From positions 4,071-43,841 of the forward strand of contig CAYRLE010000003.1 of NCBI GenBank assembly GCA_964425105.1: DNA of 39,771 bases. The letters run 5' to 3'. The notes beneath the pieces are model-generated. The model saw only the letters and a list, made by a program, of their open reading frames with translations. It did no database searches and had not been told where the DNA came from. The translations under genes and the position numbers were made by a program. Below, piece after piece: positions 38,216 to 39,771 of the stretch. Position 1 is the stretch's first letter. Every line of letters starts with the position of its first letter. This stretch comes from an uncultured Gammaproteobacteria bacterium (GTDB taxonomy: Bacteria > Pseudomonadota > Gammaproteobacteria > SZUA-140).

Positions 38216-38283
38216 GGTGATGCGTAATGCGTGATGAGTGATGGGGGCGGTTTCTCATTACTCATTACGCATCACTCATCACT
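38216..38283. repeat. Heptamer inverted-repeat hairpin (agtgatg/catcact type)
   Basis: ggtgatg-cgtaatg-cgtgatg-agtgatg (38216-38243), 12-nt loop, cattact-cattacg-catcact-catcact (38256-38283). Confidence 0.92.
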
Positions 38284-38345
38284 CTCAAAGACAGGTACAC
38301 TGCACTCGAACAAACAACCACCATAACCATGAACCACACACACCC

Positions 38346-38720
38346 ATGAACACCACCACCCCCCGCCCCACCGAGATCCGCCTGCACCGCCAGTCGCGGG
38401 TGCTGGAACTGGGTTTCGACGACGGCAGCCGTTTCGAGTTGTCGTGCGAATTCCTGCGGGTCTATTCCCCCTCCGCCGAGGTGCGCGGCCACGGCGCCGG
38501 ACAGGAGGTGTTGCAGACCGGCAAGGAGGACGTCAACATCGAACGCATCGAGCCGGTGGGGCAGTATGCGGTGCGGCTCTGTTTCGACGACGGCCACGAC
38601 ACGGGGCTGTATTCCTGGAGCCTGCTCTATGACCTGGGCCGGCGCCGCGACGAATTGTGGCAACAGTATCTGGCGCGCCTCAAGGAGGCGGGCGTGGAGC
38701 GCAAGGAGGAACAGGCATGA
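38346..38720 (+). CDS. DUF971 (gamma-butyrobetaine hydroxylase-like N-terminal domain) protein
   Basis: [35 protein letters not shown]; hslU-DUF971-ubiE synteny. Confidence 0.9.
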   Translation: MNTTTPRPTEIRLHRQSRVLELGFDDGSRFELSCEFLRVYSPSAEVRGHGAGQEVLQTGKEDVNIERIEPVGQYAVRLCFDDGHDTGLYSWSLLYDLGRRRDELWQQYLARLKEAGVERKEEQA

Positions 38721-39496
38721 GCGGACCGGACAAAACCGCCACGGAGAACGAACCCCAGGAAACCACCCATTTCGGTTTCCAGCAGGTGCCCGCCCCGGAG
38801 AAGAAGCAGCGCGTGGGACGGGTCTTCGATTCGGTGGCGGAACGCTACGACATCATGAACGATGCCATGTCCTTCGGCATCCACCGCCTCTGGAAATGGC
38901 TCGCCATCCAGCTCAGCACGGTGCGCCCCGGCCAGCGGGTGCTGGACCTGGCCGCCGGCACCGGCGATCTCGCCCGGCGCCTGGCGCGCCTAGTGGGCGA
39001 CGAGGGTGAGGTGGTGGCAGCGGACATCAATGCCGCCATGCTGAGACGCGGGCGCCAGCGCCTCACCGACGAGGGCGTGGTAGGCAACATCCGCTACGTG
39101 CAGGCCGATGCCGAGCGCCTGCCCTTTCCCGATGACAGCTTCGACTGCGCCACCATGGCCTTTGGCCTGCGCAACGTCACACACAAGGAGGCGGCCCTGG
39201 CATCCCTGTTCCGGGTCCTCAAGCCGGGCGGCCAGGTCCTGATCCTGGAATTCTCCAAGCCGCGCCTGCCCCTGCTGAGCAAGGCCTACGACATCTATTC
39301 CTTCAACATCCTGCCGCGCATGGGCAAGCTCATCGTGGACGATGCCGACAGTTACCGCTATCTGGCGGAGTCCATCCGCATGCATCCCGACCAGGAGACC
39401 CTGCTGGCCATGATGGAGGCGGCCGGCTTCGCGCGCTGCGAATATCTGAACTTCTCCGCCGGCATCGTCGCCCTGCACCGCGGCTACAAACTGTAA
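38717..39496 (+). CDS. ubiE: Ubiquinone/menaquinone C-methyltransferase
   Basis: [54 protein letters not shown]; ATGA overlap with DUF971. Confidence 0.97.
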   Translation: MSGPDKTATENEPQETTHFGFQQVPAPEKKQRVGRVFDSVAERYDIMNDAMSFGIHRLWKWLAIQLSTVRPGQRVLDLAAGTGDLARRLARLVGDEGEVVAADINAAMLRRGRQRLTDEGVVGNIRYVQADAERLPFPDDSFDCATMAFGLRNVTHKEAALASLFRVLKPGGQVLILEFSKPRLPLLSKAYDIYSFNILPRMGKLIVDDADSYRYLAESIRMHPDQETLLAMMEAAGFARCEYLNFSAGIVALHRGYKL

Positions 39497-39508
39497 GGAC
39501 AGACGGAC

Positions 39509-39771
39509 ATGACGGCGGCCGACAGTCTCAGGGACAATGTCTTCAGCGGCCTGGAGGCCGTCATCAACCGCTGCCTGCGTCTGGACCCGGAGACCTGGGC
39601 GGGACTGGAGAAACTCGGCGGCCGCCTGCTGGCGGTGGAGTTGCGCGGCCTGGAAGTCACCGTCTACATCCAGGCCGGCGCCGATGGTCTGCGCCTCAGC
39701 GGCCACAGCCAGGAGGCGCCGCACACGGTGCTCAAGGGCAGCCCCCTCACCCTGCTGCAAATGGTGCTGGG
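39509..39771 (+). CDS. ubiJ: Ubiquinone biosynthesis accessory factor (SCP2 domain), truncated by the window end
   Basis: Manual translation MTAADSLRDNVFSGLEAVINRCLRLDPE...LGGRLLAVEL...LKGSPLTLL; directly after ubiE. Confidence 0.85.
   Translation, partial: MTAADSLRDNVFSGLEAVINRCLRLDPETWAGLEKLGGRLLAVELRGLEVTVYIQAGADGLRLSGHSQEAPHTVLKGSPLTLLQMVL

Overview
GC-rich gammaproteobacterial core-genome segment, with no rRNA, tRNA, CRISPR array, transposase or prophage that I could detect. Gene order: (ntrX-ntrY-DUF4390-rsmB-fmt-def, minus strand) <> LysM/TsaP-like, dprA, smg, topA >< cysB <> TauE/SafE transporter, sulfite reductase-TusA fusion >< five-gene beta-oxidation operon (fadE-thiolase-fadJ-acyl-CoA ligase-thioesterase) <> xth, OYE flavoenzyme, ubiD, patatin >< DUF3135, SLC13, MarC <> dapF-DUF484-xerC, hslVU, DUF971-ubiE-ubiJ (partial). 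Two things go beyond routine annotation. (1) A dispersed family of intergenic hairpins built from tandem 7-mers occurs at nine loci. Wherever both arms are present the purine-rich arm comes first, unit variants are mirrored between arms at the best-preserved loci, and the repeats supply the stop codons of two genes. (2) A CysB-linked module encodes a sulfite reductase with a C-terminal TusA-like sulfur carrier, preceded by an A9 tract where a slip in either direction hits a stop within 2-4 codons, so two isoforms are possible. Also noted: a likely pseudo-ATPase NtrX, a perfect palindromic operator upstream of cysB, a GTAG REP-like element and a consensus DnaA box before dapF-xerC. All family calls come from motif recognition, not database searches.
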